This document shows positions 49,611 to 64,000 of a DNA stretch of 64,000 nucleotides, one piece after another. Each line of letters begins with the position of its first letter. Within the stretch, counting starts at the first letter, position 1. The translations under genes were made by a program, and so were the position numbers. The notes below the pieces were generated by a model. It had not been told where the DNA came from. It made no database searches and worked only from the letters and a program-made list of their open reading frames with translations. Location of the stretch: the NCBI RefSeq assembly GCF_009914755.1, contig NC_060940.1, one strand, 5' to 3'. The stretch is from the human T2T-CHM13v2.0 reference genome, Homo sapiens.

Positions 49611-50501
49611 TGTGACAAGGATTGCTACTGTCCTACCCACCCTCCTTTCACCACATGTGCACATGCACGTGTGTGCACGTACACACACATACACACACAC
49701 GCGTGCACACACCAGAGCCCACCTTGGCTCAAGTCCTCTTTTCTGAGAGGACTTTTCTTTGTGGCTTCCTAAAATTCAGTGGAAAATTAATTGTTTGGGG
49801 ATGAGAAAGGTTGAAGCACCAAAAGCTTACCAAGGGGAATGTTTGCCTCTGCCTCTGACACACAGCTCTGTCCTGGGAGTGAGCTGGTTTTTAGCGGAGA
49901 CGGAGTCCCACCTTGGCTGCAGGGAGTCCGAAAGGGACTTGGAAGCTCCGCTTTCTACCCAGCGAGCTGCCGGCACGACTGTTGCTTTTCACTCGGGCAT
50001 AGTCTGCTCAGAAGCCCCAATTCAAGACATCTTAGCTTACTCCTGGTGGCAGTGGGAGCTGCCTGTTCAGCTCCAGCTCACCAGCCCCAGTGCCCACAGG
50101 ATCAGTCTGATTCCCAAGCTCTGCTCCTCTCCCCAGCAAGTGAGAGCTGGGTGTCAAGAGGGTCTGAGGAATCCAGACCCGGCTGCGTGGTTGATGATCT
50201 TTGCAGACAGGCAAGCACCTCCTGCCTCGAACTGGCTGCAAAGGGTATCAGGTGCTGCCATCCAGGTTCAGCTTGTAAATAGCTCAGGTGTCACCCTGCA
50301 AGGGATCCCTGCACTTGCAGACTCTACAGAGGCCATGGGCCTCCTGTGTGTGTGGCTACAGGAGTGAGCACTGAGGTGTGCTCTGATCATCCACTGTGCC
50401 ATGTGCCAGGTTTTTGGTCTGACCCACTGCTTTTGGTCTGTGTGATGATGAAATGAGGTCAGAGCCTGCAGTTATTAACACTAACGATTTGTTAATGATA
50501 G

Positions 50502-50807
<306 letters not shown>

Positions 50808-52289
50808 TAATGAGCAGATACATGCAAAGCCCTTATCACAGTGCAAGGGAAATTCAAAGCGCTCAGAAAGTATTAGCTCAATAAGTGATGACTGTGTGCC
50901 AGACACTGTGCTAAACTCCTACTCAAGAGGGATAAGAGTCTAGGGGCAAGTGGCAGAGACTCTAGAACGAGATTGCCTGGGCTCAACGCCCACCTCACCA
51001 CTTACTTATGCAAGCTAGTTCTCTGTGCCTCAGTCTCCTCATTTGTAAAATGGGCATAACCACAGCACCTTCTTTATAGGATTATGTGAAGGTGTGGTGA
51101 GCTAATACGTTAAGAATTGGAGCTCAATAACATGTTGGCTGTCATTATTACATATATCTGTGTTTCATTCTTGCCTCTGGCTGGAATGTTCTTCCCAGCT
51201 CTCCATATGGCTGATTTCTCATCCTTCGGGACTTGCCCCATTCTCCAACCCCATCACTAGTTTTATCTTTTTCACTTATTTATGCAGTCTGCTCTTGTCC
51301 TAGGACATGAGCTCCAGGAGGGCGGGAAACATCTCGCTTTGTACACTGCTGTGCCCTCTGTACCCAGCAAGGCGCCTGTGTATAATAGGTGCTCAATAAC
51401 ATAAAATGAACAAATAATCCTCACCTAACGGTTTCATTCATTCTACAAATACATACTGACAGCACAGTCATGAATAAGATGTTCCTGCCCTGGTGAGTCT
51501 TATATTTTAGCAAATTAAAAAAACTCTTTGGACAGGGCTGCCAGGTGAGGTTGGCCAGTCTGTACACTGCACAAAGGCACCTGGGACAAGGGGGAACATG
51601 GGGGCTGCAAACCAGTCTGGGTTCTGCTTGCCAAACTGGGAGTCCTGGTGTGGAGCCTTTTAACCCAGAGGGGCATCTTTTCGTAGTTAACGCACAGTCA
51701 TCGTAAGATGTGGATAAATTACTGTCTCCGTGTCACAGATCTAAGTGATACTTATAGTCACACTCCTATAAAGGAATGGACTTCTGACTTCTTTGGAGGA
51801 CCTCTCTGCAGGGACAGGCACAGTGTGCCGGAAGTGCCCCTGAACCCCATTTGTCAGGTGGTAAAGCGCTGCTCGGAGGAATCAGGGCATGATAGTGCAA
51901 TTCCATGTCCAGTGGATTGTAAGTCCACGCACCTTCCAAATGGTCACTCTTCCTCGCAGGCCTCTCTCTGCATACAAATGTCTCCCTCCTGACGCTCACC
52001 TTTTTCCCTGGGGCTCTCAAATGTCTTCTTTTCAGATTTCGTAGCTTTTCTTTCTTTAGCATCACTTGAGGGCAAGTGGTGCTCCAACTGTCTCCCCCCA
52101 GAGTTCTGCCGCCTGTACTCTCCCACACCTCAGTCTCCTCGCCTGTAGAAAGGGGTCAATCGTTTGAACCCTGCTTCACTTGGTGTGTATGTGAAGGTGC
52201 TTTGAAATCAAGTGCTCTGCAAACTGGAGAGAATTACTGCTTGTATTCCGTGAAACTACAAGCTCCCAATTCCACTCATTTAATCCCTC

Positions 52290-52565
52290 TCTTGCTCTGT
52301 TGCCCAGGCTGGAATGCAGTGGCATGATCTCAACTCACTGCAACCTCTGCCTCCCTGGTTTCAAGCAATTCTCCTGCCTCAGCCTCCCGAGTAGCTGGGA
52401 CTATAAGTGTGCGCCACTATGCCTGGCTAATTTTTTTGTATTTTTAGTAGAGATGGGGTTTCACCGTGGTGGCCAGGCTGGTCTCGAACTCCTAACCTCA
52501 AGTGATCTGCCCGCCTCGGCCTTCCAAAGTGCTGGGATTACAGGCATGAGCCACCATGCCAAGCC
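52290..52565 (-). mobile_element. AluS (tail missing)
   Basis: Antisense Alu consensus. Confidence 0.88.
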
Positions 52566-52865
52566 CTTCCCCCCTATCTTTAATGAAGGTCTACCATGTG
52601 CCTGACACAGGGGATACCCACCCCCACTTCTATGGGATTCAGGCCTGGTTTCCAGCTTGGCCTTCAGGCTTTTCCCACCACACCCCAAATGCTGTCCCTG
52701 GCTTGTGGAGTGGGGCAGGGGGCCAGCCTGGGACTTTCACGCCAGCCCGACTGGGGCAGACTCTCTCAACCCCACTGGATCTTCTGCTGTTTGTCAGCCA
52801 CAAGGTTCTGCCTAGAACTCCTTTCCCGAATCTCAAAGTTAAAAAAAAAGGCAGGGCCCCAGGGG

Positions 52866-53534
52866 TTGGAGTTGCATACATTTTTTTTTAATCCAAAGAA
52901 GTAAGCCTCCTAAGTATTGCTTAGACAGGTTTATCAGAATTAAGTAGGCACAACACTCATACTTTCAGAAAAGCATTTCCAGCCAGGGGAGTAACGTGGC
53001 ACTCACCAGCATGATGTCTGTTTTGCCAACTTGCTGAAGAACGAGTAACCTGAAATGAAGGAGCGAGAATCCCACCCTCAGCCCCCCAACAGCTTCCTCA
53101 GCTTCTTTTTCTTCTGAGTCACCCCTGAAACAGTCGCTGCATCTAAGACCAGCCTCGGGCTAAACCCAGCTGGCCTGAAGGCTCAACTCACATCAAACGG
53201 AGCTGGGAGTCGCTTTTGCGTGTGTCCGCAGTTTGAAGTGTCCTCTCCGAAGGTGAAGTGGGGGAAGCAGGTGCGCTCCGGGATGAAGTGCAGGGAGGCA
53301 AACTCTGGCTGGGTTCCTGTAAACACCCATCGCAGCTGCAAATAATCAGAAGCCAAGGCCAGGCCATCGATTTGACACTGCAGGCAGATGAGGTCTTGGG
53401 ATGCCTCTTGCGTTCCCCCTTCTGTGGGAGCAGGTGCCTTCCCAACCTCAGCACTCAGTCCCAATCTCTCTTCCACTCTCCTGGGTTCAAACAGGAACCT
53501 CTCTGTTGGCACGAAGCTTTTGAGGGGAGCAGGT
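52866..53534 (-). other. DEXI: DEXI terminal non-coding (3'UTR) exon, convergent with CIITA
   Basis: On - strand: branch-like CTAATAAC, pyrimidine tract and TTAG| acceptor at 53536-53535; ATTAAA at 52892-52887; repeat-free unique sequence. Gene identity from known CIITA-DEXI-CLEC16A order. Confidence 0.8.
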
Positions 53535-54284
53535 CTAACAAGAAGGAAAAAGGGGGGTTATTAGCACGGAAGCCCCACCCTGCCACCAGGTTGGCTGGGG
53601 ACAGGGACCAATCCACCAGGCTCGGGAGGCTTGGGGTGGGGCAGGGAAGTCTTCCTCCATCCCTCAAATTTAGGGAACCACTGGGAGCCCCAGACTCAGG
53701 CTGAAAATGTCTTTCTGCAAATATAAAACTCTTTTTAATGAATTTGCCTAATTTCTCAGAGACCCTGGGCTGGAGAACCAGTGCAATGTCACACGGGAGA
53801 GGAAGGACTGTCCTGTTTATTGGGAGGGAGGAGGGGGATGCTGGTGCAGCCTGCTCAGGAGTCACCCAGGGTCTGAGGGCTGACTTGCAGCTCTGGGCCA
53901 GCTGAGCCAGCGCTGGGTAGTGGGCAGGGCTTGGCAACACCTCCCACCTTGCCCGGAAAAATGCTTTGCAACCTACAGGAAGGCACTAGCCACAGCCAAG
54001 TTACTCAGCAGCCCCACTTGGCTCTTTCTCCCAGGATGCAGCATCATCTCCATGGCCTGGCCCCCTGGCACGTCCCCGTTTCCCACTGCCTTCTCTGTGT
54101 GCCTAGCCGGGTGCCAGTGTCTCTGTAGCACCTCGTGTTCCCATGCCCAACCCCTCTGCAGCCCCCTCAAGCCCTGCTCTGATTCCAAGCCTCATCTCCC
54201 AGCTCACTATCCTTTCCGCAAATTTCACTGAACATCTCGCAGAACTTGTATGTTAAACATGTGACATGTATTGTTGTTTGACAG

Positions 54285-54482
54285 GGTGCTATTGACATTT
54301 GGGGTAGGACAATTCTTGGAGGTGGGGTGGCTGTTCTGGGCACTGAGCATTTAGCAGCATCTCTGGCTCCAGGCCACTAAATGCCAGTAGCACCCCTGGC
54401 CACTGGAACAACTAAAAATGCCCTCCTACCCTATTTCCAAGGTCGACCTAAGGGGGCGGAACTGTTTCCATTGAGACCCATG
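54285..54482. mobile_element. hAT-Charlie MER20-like
   Basis: CTATTGACATTTGGGG...TTTAGCAGCATC...ATGCCAGTAGCACCCC. Confidence 0.65.
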
Positions 54483-54920
54483 CATCGTATAGGATAAGAA
54501 ACTGAGGTTCTTATCATTTAATAGGATAAGAAATTGAGGTTCAGAGAAGCCAAGTAACCTGCCTAAAGATGCACAGCTATGAGAGGCAAAGCTGGCACTG
54601 GCTTGGTAATAACGATGGAAACGGTCTGAATGAGAGCAGGTACCATTTCCTGAGCTCTTAGCAGACGCTGAGGACCCTGCTAAGTGCCATGAGACCTTAG
54701 CAGAGGCTGTGGGTGCCCCGCCCCATTCCCTCCACTCACTCTTCCTTGCAGGTCGACCTGCCCTTCTTTGCTGAGGCCTTTCTCTGCCTCCAGAGCCTGC
54801 TTGGTCCTCAGGCTGTAAGTGCAGGCAGAGCTAATGTCTCTCCATAGCTGCCCTCCACCAGCCTGCTCCTGAGACACCTGCTGGCCAGCAGCCTGAAGCA
54901 GAATCCTTTACTCAGATTCA

Positions 54921-55875
<955 letters not shown>

Positions 55876-56520
55876 ACAAAAGTTTCTCTTTTCAAAACAT
55901 TTTACTTTAAAAGGAGCCAATTTAAAGAAAACTGTTAATAGTTCAGGTAACAGGCAGATACAGGAAAAGCTGCTGACAGTGTTGTATGAGGTTTGAGGAT
56001 TTTGATCCAAGCTGGTCCCACTCAGTCCATAGCAGAGAATGAAAGGGCCCAGAGAGGGTGGTGACCTCTGCCTGAAGTCACACAGTGAGTCGAGGACAGG
56101 GAGGTGACCCCAGGTTTCTATGTGTAGGGCGGGAGGATGTTCTGGGACACAGTTCAATTCTCATTTGTCACACACTTTGGCTATTAGAGATCAACCCCTT
56201 CGCTCCTGTGTCTTGCAATGGCAGCCTTGGCAAACGCTAAATGAAAATCGTGACAACACTTGTGTTATGAAGCATTTACTTTGTGTTCACCTTGTACTAC
56301 TCGAACTCATGTCTTAACTCACTTATCCCTCAAAAACAACTCTAGGAGGTAGGGCCAAGTAGGACCATCATCCCTGCATTTCACATGGAGCTCAGAGAGG
56401 TTAAGCAAGCCGTGCAAGGCCACACAGCTCATAAATGGCAGAGCCAGGATTTGAACCCCCGTGGCCTGACCCCAAAGCCGAAACCACTCGGCACTGCAGG
56501 TTCGTCCCTTTTCTCTGAGA

Positions 56521-56985
56521 TGGGGGTATCCAATCTTTTGGCTTCCCTGGGCCACAGTGGAAGAACTGTCTGGGGCCACATATAAAATATACTAATGATA
56601 GCTCATGAGCTAAAAAATAAAACAAAATCACACACACACACAAAAAAAAACACAAACCAAAAAAAAAATTCTTTTTTTTTTTTTTTTTTGAGACAGGGTC
56701 TTGCTTTGTCACCCAGGCTGGAGGGCAGTGGCATGATCTTGGCTCACTGCAGTTCCAGGTTCAAGCAATTCTCATGCCTCAGCCTCCTGAGTAGCTGGGA
56801 CTACAGGCGCATGTCACCATGCCTGGCTAATTGATGTATTTTTTAGTAGAGATGGGGTTTCACCATGTTGGCCAGGCTAAAATCTCATAACGTTTTAAGA
56901 AAGTTTATGAATCTGTGTTGGGCCACAGTCAAAGCCGTCCTGAGCTGTATGCAGCCTACAGGCCGCACCACGGATTGAACAAGTT
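56521..56985 (+). mobile_element. MER30 interrupted by antisense Alu 56672-56878
   Basis: GGGGTATCCAATCTTTTGGCTTCCCTGGGCCAC ... AATCTCATAACGTTTTAAGAAAGTTTA...GGGCCACAGTCAAAGCCGTCCTG. Confidence 0.8.
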
Positions 56986-59559
56986 TCTTCTAAGGCATCA
57001 AGAGCCCCAGGCTGAAAAGCACCCCAGAGCTGGAGCTTATAGAACCCAGGGCAGCAGGTTCTCCAACCTTCTGACATCATCAGAGCACAGCAGACAAGTT
57101 ATCAGCCACTAGATTTTTTTCCCCCTTTCTGAAACTGTAACCTTTCATTCCAGCCATTCCCCAGAGCTGGACAGAGGACGTGGCTGGCTGGCTGGTTTCT
57201 GTAGTCAGAATGACAGTTGGGTGCTAGATCCCCTTCGTGAAGCAATGTCTTAGCTCAGTAACTCTGCAGAGAAGCTGCCTGGTTCAGGATGTGGCTTAAG
57301 TAAGAAGATGGCCCTGGCGTTTTACGCGCACTGGTGGGTGAGGCTCTGAAAGTGGTAGAAGGGAATTCTTTCCTAGAGTTCAGCTGCCCGCTGTCCTGCT
57401 CCTCAGGGCAAATGCTGTGAGATCTGCATTTAGCCTGTCTGTGCTGATTGTGGTTCTGCCCCTTCCTGGCTGTGTGACCTCAGACAAGTCACCCACCCTC
57501 TCTGGGCCAGTTTCCTCATCTGGAAAAGGGGACAGTGCCCACCACATTGGGCTGTTTGTGTCCATGGAGTGCCTGACAATACCCAGCACACACGAGACAT
57601 CAGTACAGGGTGGTTCCTTCCCTCCTTAGCCCCACCTGTTCCCAGGTAGAAACCAATACCGGCAGGGAACCTTCTCAAGGCTAGGGGCCTTCTGAAAGCA
57701 GCAGCACTTTTCCTCCTTCAAAGACCTTGCCTTCTAGAAACCCATTGCTCATTCCTTTCTCCATGTACCAAAAAATCAATTAAAGTGGCTAAAGACAGAC
57801 GTCACCCTCCCCTACTCACGCAGCCATTCTGATCCTCCACGCTGGTGACAGGCTATGTGGCAGGAGGGTCTCTACCTTATCTCAGAATGAAGGCATGGCT
57901 GGGGTCTGGCTGTCTCCTGGTGGCCGGAAGGAGACAGACGGCAAAGGAGAAGCTGCCTGTCTCTGCACAGGTCCATGTCCCTGAGGAAAGCCAACGTCAC
58001 AGAGAAATGATGACCACTTTCTCAAACCTGGCTTCGGATTTGCACGTTGGCTGCCAAAGCTGATCAGCAGCGGGCTTTGTGAAGATGCCTGGTCTACCAC
58101 GTGCCTCCAGCTGGTCACGCCCAAGACTCCCTGAGCCCTCTGGAAGGGCAGCACTTGCCCAGTGCCTCCCTCCAGGTCCTGCCACATCCAAGAACCACCT
58201 GGACTATTATTTACTTAGTATTTTAAACCAATGTACTTTTTAAACTCCAATTTTTTAATAAGATCATTTATGTCACCATATAACACCCAAAGCAGTAGAA
58301 TTTGTCATACACAGAAGGCAATGCTAAAAATACAATGAAAATGGAACCAGGAAGTCTAGCTTGATACCCTTGGCCTGTATAACTGAGCCTTGTGCCAGTT
58401 AAAAGGGCAAAGCAGTAGGTGCTCAGGGGGTGTCGGGGCCCTGAAAGCTGATCTGATCCGCTGCTGCGTATTCACTACCGCCCTGGGACGCCTCCAGCAG
58501 ACCACCTCACTGGGGGAAACATCAGGACAGCGTGGCCAGGAGCCCAATGCTGCCACCTCATAGATGGGTATCTGAGATGAGTCATCGAACTTCTGCAAGC
58601 CTCAGTTTCCTCCCTGGTCTAATGGAACCCTCCTTGGCGGCTTCACAGGGTGATGCTTGGGGCAGGTGATGGAGATGTGGGAGAGGCAGTTATTTTTAAC
58701 CACCCAGCCAAGCCCCTTGCCAGGAGGGACTCCCAGAAATGAAGCCTTACCCTTGAGGGAGTTCCCCGCCACTCCAAGCTTGGGGCCTGGGATGGCAGCT
58801 GTGAGGGCACCAGCACCATCTGGGGACTCGCTGGGTACCAATTATCACCGCCCTTGGGCTACTTCAAAGGCTGCCCACACAGACACACCCTCCTTGGTAA
58901 CCAGTCCTCAGGAGGAAGGGCACCCAAGGAAAGGGGGAAGGCTTCCTGGGCTAGAGCCCCTTCAGGGTCTGACACGCCATTGACACTGACCACGTCATTC
59001 ATTAAGCAAGCACCAACTATACATCATTCACTATCCCAATCTAATTTGCACAAGCCCTTAGGCAGGTGCTACTATTATCCCTGTTTTACAGAGAAGGAAA
59101 CCGAGGCTTAGGAGATGAAGTCTGAGGTGTTGGTGGAGCTGGGATTTAAACCAAAATATGTCCAACTGCAAAGCATGTAAGTAACAATTTTAGAGGGTAT
59201 ACGGAGGTGACCCTAAGTAACAAGGAATCACATATAGTGAGCAAGCAATTTGCTTTTCAGTTTTTGGTCAATCCTTATGATTATTTAGAGGAGAAAGTTC
59301 AGTTTGGTGCTGGTATATCTTATGTTTATCACCCGACAGTTGTTAATCTCTTTTTAACAAAGAATACAGGCCAAGGCCCTGTGACTTTAGCTGGCTTTGG
59401 TATTTGGCCAAAAGTTAATGACTTTGGCAGTTAGTGTTTTTATCCATGCCAAGCGATGATGATTTTCTCTTTAGTGACAGACATTTTTTAAAAAATAAAT
59501 TCACATAAAAAAGTAGTTTTACAGATGAAGCACTAAAACTAGTGCATTTCATCTTAAAC

Positions 59560-60570
59560 TGCAAATTATAAAGGGAATAATAGTAACTTGACAGTGGAGA
59601 GACCTGGCAGACACCACCTTCACCAACTGATCAAAGTTAACATCGCCAGAAAGGGGACAGATGGCATGTGCCTCTCGATAAGATGCACTGAAGACACACA
59701 CTCACTTCTGCAATATTCCTGCCAAGAATGCCTCATCTGAATCTAATCTCGAGTATAACCATCAGACAAACCCAAATTGAGAGACAGTTTACAAAACACC
59801 AGCCTTGTACTCTGCTTAATATGTCAATGTCACAAGAGAGAAAGACAGACTGAAGAGCTGATCCAGACTGAAGAAGGCTCGAGATTAATGCAAAAGCTGA
59901 TCTGGGATTGCATCTTGGACCTCAACTCTCCCCTTTTTATTGTTAAGGGACACTACTGGGACAATTTTTTTTTTTTTTTCGTTTTGAGACAGGGTCTCGC
60001 TCAGTCACCCAGGCTGGAGTGCAGTGGTGGAATAATAACTCACTGCAGCCTTGAACTCCCGGACTCAAGCAATCCTCCTGCCTGAGCCTTCCGAGTAACT
60101 GGGACTATGGGCGTGTACCACAACACCTCGCTATTTTTTTTTTCCTACTTTTTGTAGAGACGGGGTCTCACTATGTTGCCCAGGCTGGTTTCAAACTCAA
60201 GTGATCCTTCCACCTCAGCCTCTATAAAATTTGAATAAAGTTGTAGATGAGATTGGTCATAGGATTGTATAGTGTATCAATATTAGATTTGCTGATTTTG
60301 ACAACCCTACTGTGGTTATGCAAATTTGTCCTTGTTCTAAGGAAATAAATACTGAATTATTTAGGAGTAAAGGTGCATAATGAACCCATTTTCAAATGCT
60401 TATGAAAATTACACATATACACATGTGTGCATATACACAGGCATGCATATACAAACAGAGGGAAGAGCATGCACGTGTACATGAGCAAAGTGCTAACTGG
60501 TGCAACTGGTGAGTTTGGGCGGGCATTGTTTGTGCTCTTGCAACTTTTCTGTAAGTGTGAAATTACTTCA
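59560..60570 (+). mobile_element. Old L1 (L1MC/ME) 3' region interrupted by antisense Alu 59965-60222
   Basis: CCTGGCAGACACCACCTT...GATCAAAGTTAACATC; TCTTGCAACTTTTCTGTAAG. Confidence 0.7.
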
Positions 60571-63500
60571 TAACAGAGGTTTTTGTTTGTTTGTTTGTTT
60601 TTAATTCAGGAAAAAGTTGGAAGAGTGCGTATGAAATAGGCCTGGCAGAAACTATGAGCTGGTGTTCCAAGGTCGGGGATGGGGAGCCCTCACTGGAGGC
60701 ACCCCTCAAACCCTCAGTGCTGTGGCCAGGGAACCGGGCTGGCAGTCTTAGTTGGCTTTGTTCCCTCGGCCTCCACTTCCCCATTCTGTGCCTCCATTTA
60801 TTTGTGAGACAGGGATAAAGAGGTCTGCCACTTTTATTGTGATCTTAGGTTTCCCAAAAGCAGAGTATGCTTTCAGAAGTTCTGGGAGGAAAGCTAGCAG
60901 ATAAACCAGAAATATGAATATCCAAATTGAGAGAAGCCCTCACTTTCTTAGTTCGGCAAAACAGACACATGAGCTGTAAGTGGGGCAGACCCTGCCTGTT
61001 TCTTGGCTGAAATCTCCAGTTTGTATAATTCAGGGCTAAGAGAGCAGGACTCTTGACATCTCACTGTCTTGAGACACATACTGGGGTTTTCTCCTGTCTG
61101 AAGACGCAGCTGGCACCAATGTACCCTATGGCCAAGGACCTTCTGGGTGAGCCTCATGTCAGGAGCAGAGCTGGAGAGGTGGCCAGGCCTGGGGGTATAC
61201 TTGCCTCCCTGTGTCACCATTGTCTGTCTCTTGCTTAGATGACAGCCACAGCTTCCTGGCCTGGTTTCCTGCATCCGCCCTGACCCCTGGCTGTGGGATC
61301 TCCCATAACTCAAATCTGACTGTGTCCCTGTGGAAGGTTTGGGTTTCTGACCTGGGCAGCTCTATGTCCGGCACAGGGGTTCTGCTGATAGCACAGGCCA
61401 CAGATTGGCAAGGAGGGACCAGGTTAGGAAGGAGCAGCTGTGGTTCCTAGTTGGGAGATAACTGAAGCCTAGGAAATCCTGGAATAAGATAGACCAATGC
61501 ATCGATAACCCTCAGCTCCAAATCTGAGCTGCACCAGGACAAGCTGACTCTGGTGGCAACGTTCTCCAGTCTCTGCATTTTCAGCTCGCTGTGTGCCAAG
61601 AGAGGGCTGGCAGGTACCAGCAGCTTTCACTTTCATTAGGAACCGGGACGAATAATCCAACTGAGCTGCCTCTGCACCAGAACTGCTGGGACGTGAAGAC
61701 TCTCCCTGGCTCCCAGGCCAGCCACTGCAGCCCTTTCTCCTGGGAAGGAGGGAGCTCCCGATTCCCCATTCCCTGCTCCTGGGCAACAATTAACACTCTA
61801 GGAAAACCACAGAGCCGGCTATCCAGGGTTCTGGTGCCCTGGGGACCACAGGGCAGCAAGAAAGTTCTCCTAAGGGTCCTGGGGCTGGGAAGGCAGAGTG
61901 GGAAGTCTCCCCCAGCTAGGCTAGACCTGGACCTCCCTGGCACTCAGGCAGCCTGTCCTCTTCTGCTCACAGGATATAAATATTCATGCATGAGTATAGG
62001 TGCAGGTTTGTACATTTGCAAGGGCATGGGTATAACACGCTTTCCATTGTATCCGACTATGAATATGAGTGGTTAATATTAATACATCTCTTACTATATA
62101 CAAGGAGATCTAAGTGCTTTATGTATATCTCACCTAATCCTCACAACAAGGGAGATTTTCATTATTTCCATCTTCTAGAAGAGGAAACCAAAGTACAGGG
62201 AGGTTAAGCAGCATGCCCAAGGTCACAGCTACCCTGGGATGTGAACCCAGGGCCCTGGCTCTTAACCATGACCCTAATACTGCCTCCTCAAGTAGGTGCT
62301 CAGCAAATGTTTGAGGAACTGAATTATGTGGGTCCACACATAAGAGAAAAAAAAAAAAAAGAGGGAGCAAAAGTAGGTGCACCTGTTCATCTTGAGATTC
62401 ATCCTGGGCCCCACTGTGTGACATGCTCCACGCCCTTAGTCACTGTTTCCTGGATTGGCGTGTGGGGAACACATGTGACCACATGAGAATGGCTGAGAAA
62501 GAGCAGGACTGACTACCGGCGTTCCCCTGCTTATGGAAAGGGGCCTGGAGATGAGGCTCGGTCAGATCATCTTGAGGTCTTTCCTGGCGGCTTCCCTGCT
62601 GCTAGCTACCCCTCTCATACCCTGGGGTTCTGAGCTTCCTCGGCACTTGGGGGCAAGGCCTCCTTGGCTTGGATTTGAGGGTGGGGAGGAGGGAAGGCTG
62701 TGCATGGCTTCCACCACTTCTCCAGGCCTCCCCACTTCCCAGGGTCAGGCCCTGACACCCCGAGAGCTTTGCAAGGGTGTCCCTGAGAGATATTTCCTGG
62801 TGTTTCTGCTTAAACAGCGTTTGCTGCAAAATATGTCGAAGCATTTGGGATTCAGTTTTTAGTTCAGAATATGCCAATGTTTTCATTTGGAAGGGGAAGT
62901 GTTTCTGTTGATGTGGTAAAGAGATAAAATAAGACGTTCCTCACCAAGTTACACTGCTTCAAAGTCAAATGCTTGGCTTGGAGACAGGGATTTATCTTGG
63001 GATCGCAGGCCCTTAGCACACGGCCTGGCAGAAGAGCAGGCAGGGTCAAAGTCTGTTGAATGAGTGAGTGCATATGCAAAGGGCCTAGACACAGGAGTGC
63101 GATACAATCAATGCTCAGTACAGATTTTGAATGGATTCCATAGGTTCTACTTTTGAGAGTTGTTCTCAGTCTGTTCATGTTTCTCTATCTTCACTAAACT
63201 CCCCTCATCCAAGCCTCTGTCACCTCTGGCCTGGACAACTAACAGCATCTGAGGTGGTGGCCCTGCTTCCCCTCTTACCCCTCAGCTCATTCTGTCCACA
63301 ATTGCCAGAGTCATTTTTGCAAAATGGGAATGGGATTGTGTCATCTCCTGCCTAGAACCTTCCAATGGCTTTCCACTGCTCTTGGCTATGGCCTTCCAGG
63401 TCCTCCATGGTATGGCTCCCACCCACCTCACTGACCTTTCCTGGGGCTGTTCTCCAGCCACATGGGCCTCCTTTTGGTTGCGGAAAAACCAACTCTCTCT

Positions 63501-64000
63501 CACCTGAAGGTCTTGGCACCACTGATTCCCTCAGCCTGGACTGCTTTTCTCCAGATCCTTCTATCAAATTAAGGCTCAGCTCAAAAGCATCATCTCCTTA
63601 GAGAGGCTTTCTCTGACCCCTCAGCTAAAGCAGCCCACCATCTCTATCCTACCGTTTCACTTCTGTTTCACTCCATGTCTACACCTACAGAGACCGTCTA
63701 CTAGAGGCCAGGCACAGTTTTAAGTGTTGAGGACATGGCAGTGAACACAACAGGGAAGCTCATGTCCTTCTTGCCTGCCTTCATAGTTCCGAAAAAATCT
63801 GATTCTCTTGTTTGGGTTCCTACTAGTCTTCCTCACCAAGTGCCAAAGGGCCAAGGCTTGGTCTGTCTTGTTCACTGTGTTCAATCACCAGGCACTGTAC
63901 TGAACCAACAAGCATTCATTCTGTAAAAGAACGGACGGATGGATGGCAGGCAGGCAGGCAGGCTGGGGAGGTGTGCAGAGCACCTGGCACACACTCCCCC

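Noticed and set aside
53183-53940. ORFs over the DEXI terminal exon as the DEXI protein
   Set aside because: No resemblance to the small hydrophobic DEXI protein; its coding exon should lie beyond the window end.

Overview
Human genomic DNA (Alu-dense, chr16p13) containing almost the whole CIITA gene (MHC class II transactivator, NLR family) on the + strand. It includes promoter III with exon 1 (ATG 1301), the IFN-gamma-inducible promoter IV with its non-coding first exon, shared coding exons 2-19 (1130-aa ORF reconstructed with GT-AG boundaries, stop 47276-47278) and the 3'UTR exon. The 3'-terminal non-coding exon of the convergent gene DEXI lies on the - strand at about 52866-53534; the DEXI coding exon and CIITA promoter I are not in the window. 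The rest is interspersed repeat (about 40 Alus, L1M, L2, MIR, MaLR LTRs, MER/MADE elements). This is a well-studied locus and I see no new protein-coding system. The least explained structure is in intron 16: a ~296-bp palindrome inside an interval bracketed by ~280-bp direct repeats. Also notable are a ~310-bp duplication in intron 1, a stop-free in-frame intron 2, a recursive-splice motif at exon 9, a pIII uORF, candidate IRF/PU.1 enhancer motifs and a likely CIITA/DEXI 3' sense-antisense overlap. Repeat subfamily names and SNP identifiers are from memory and need database confirmation.
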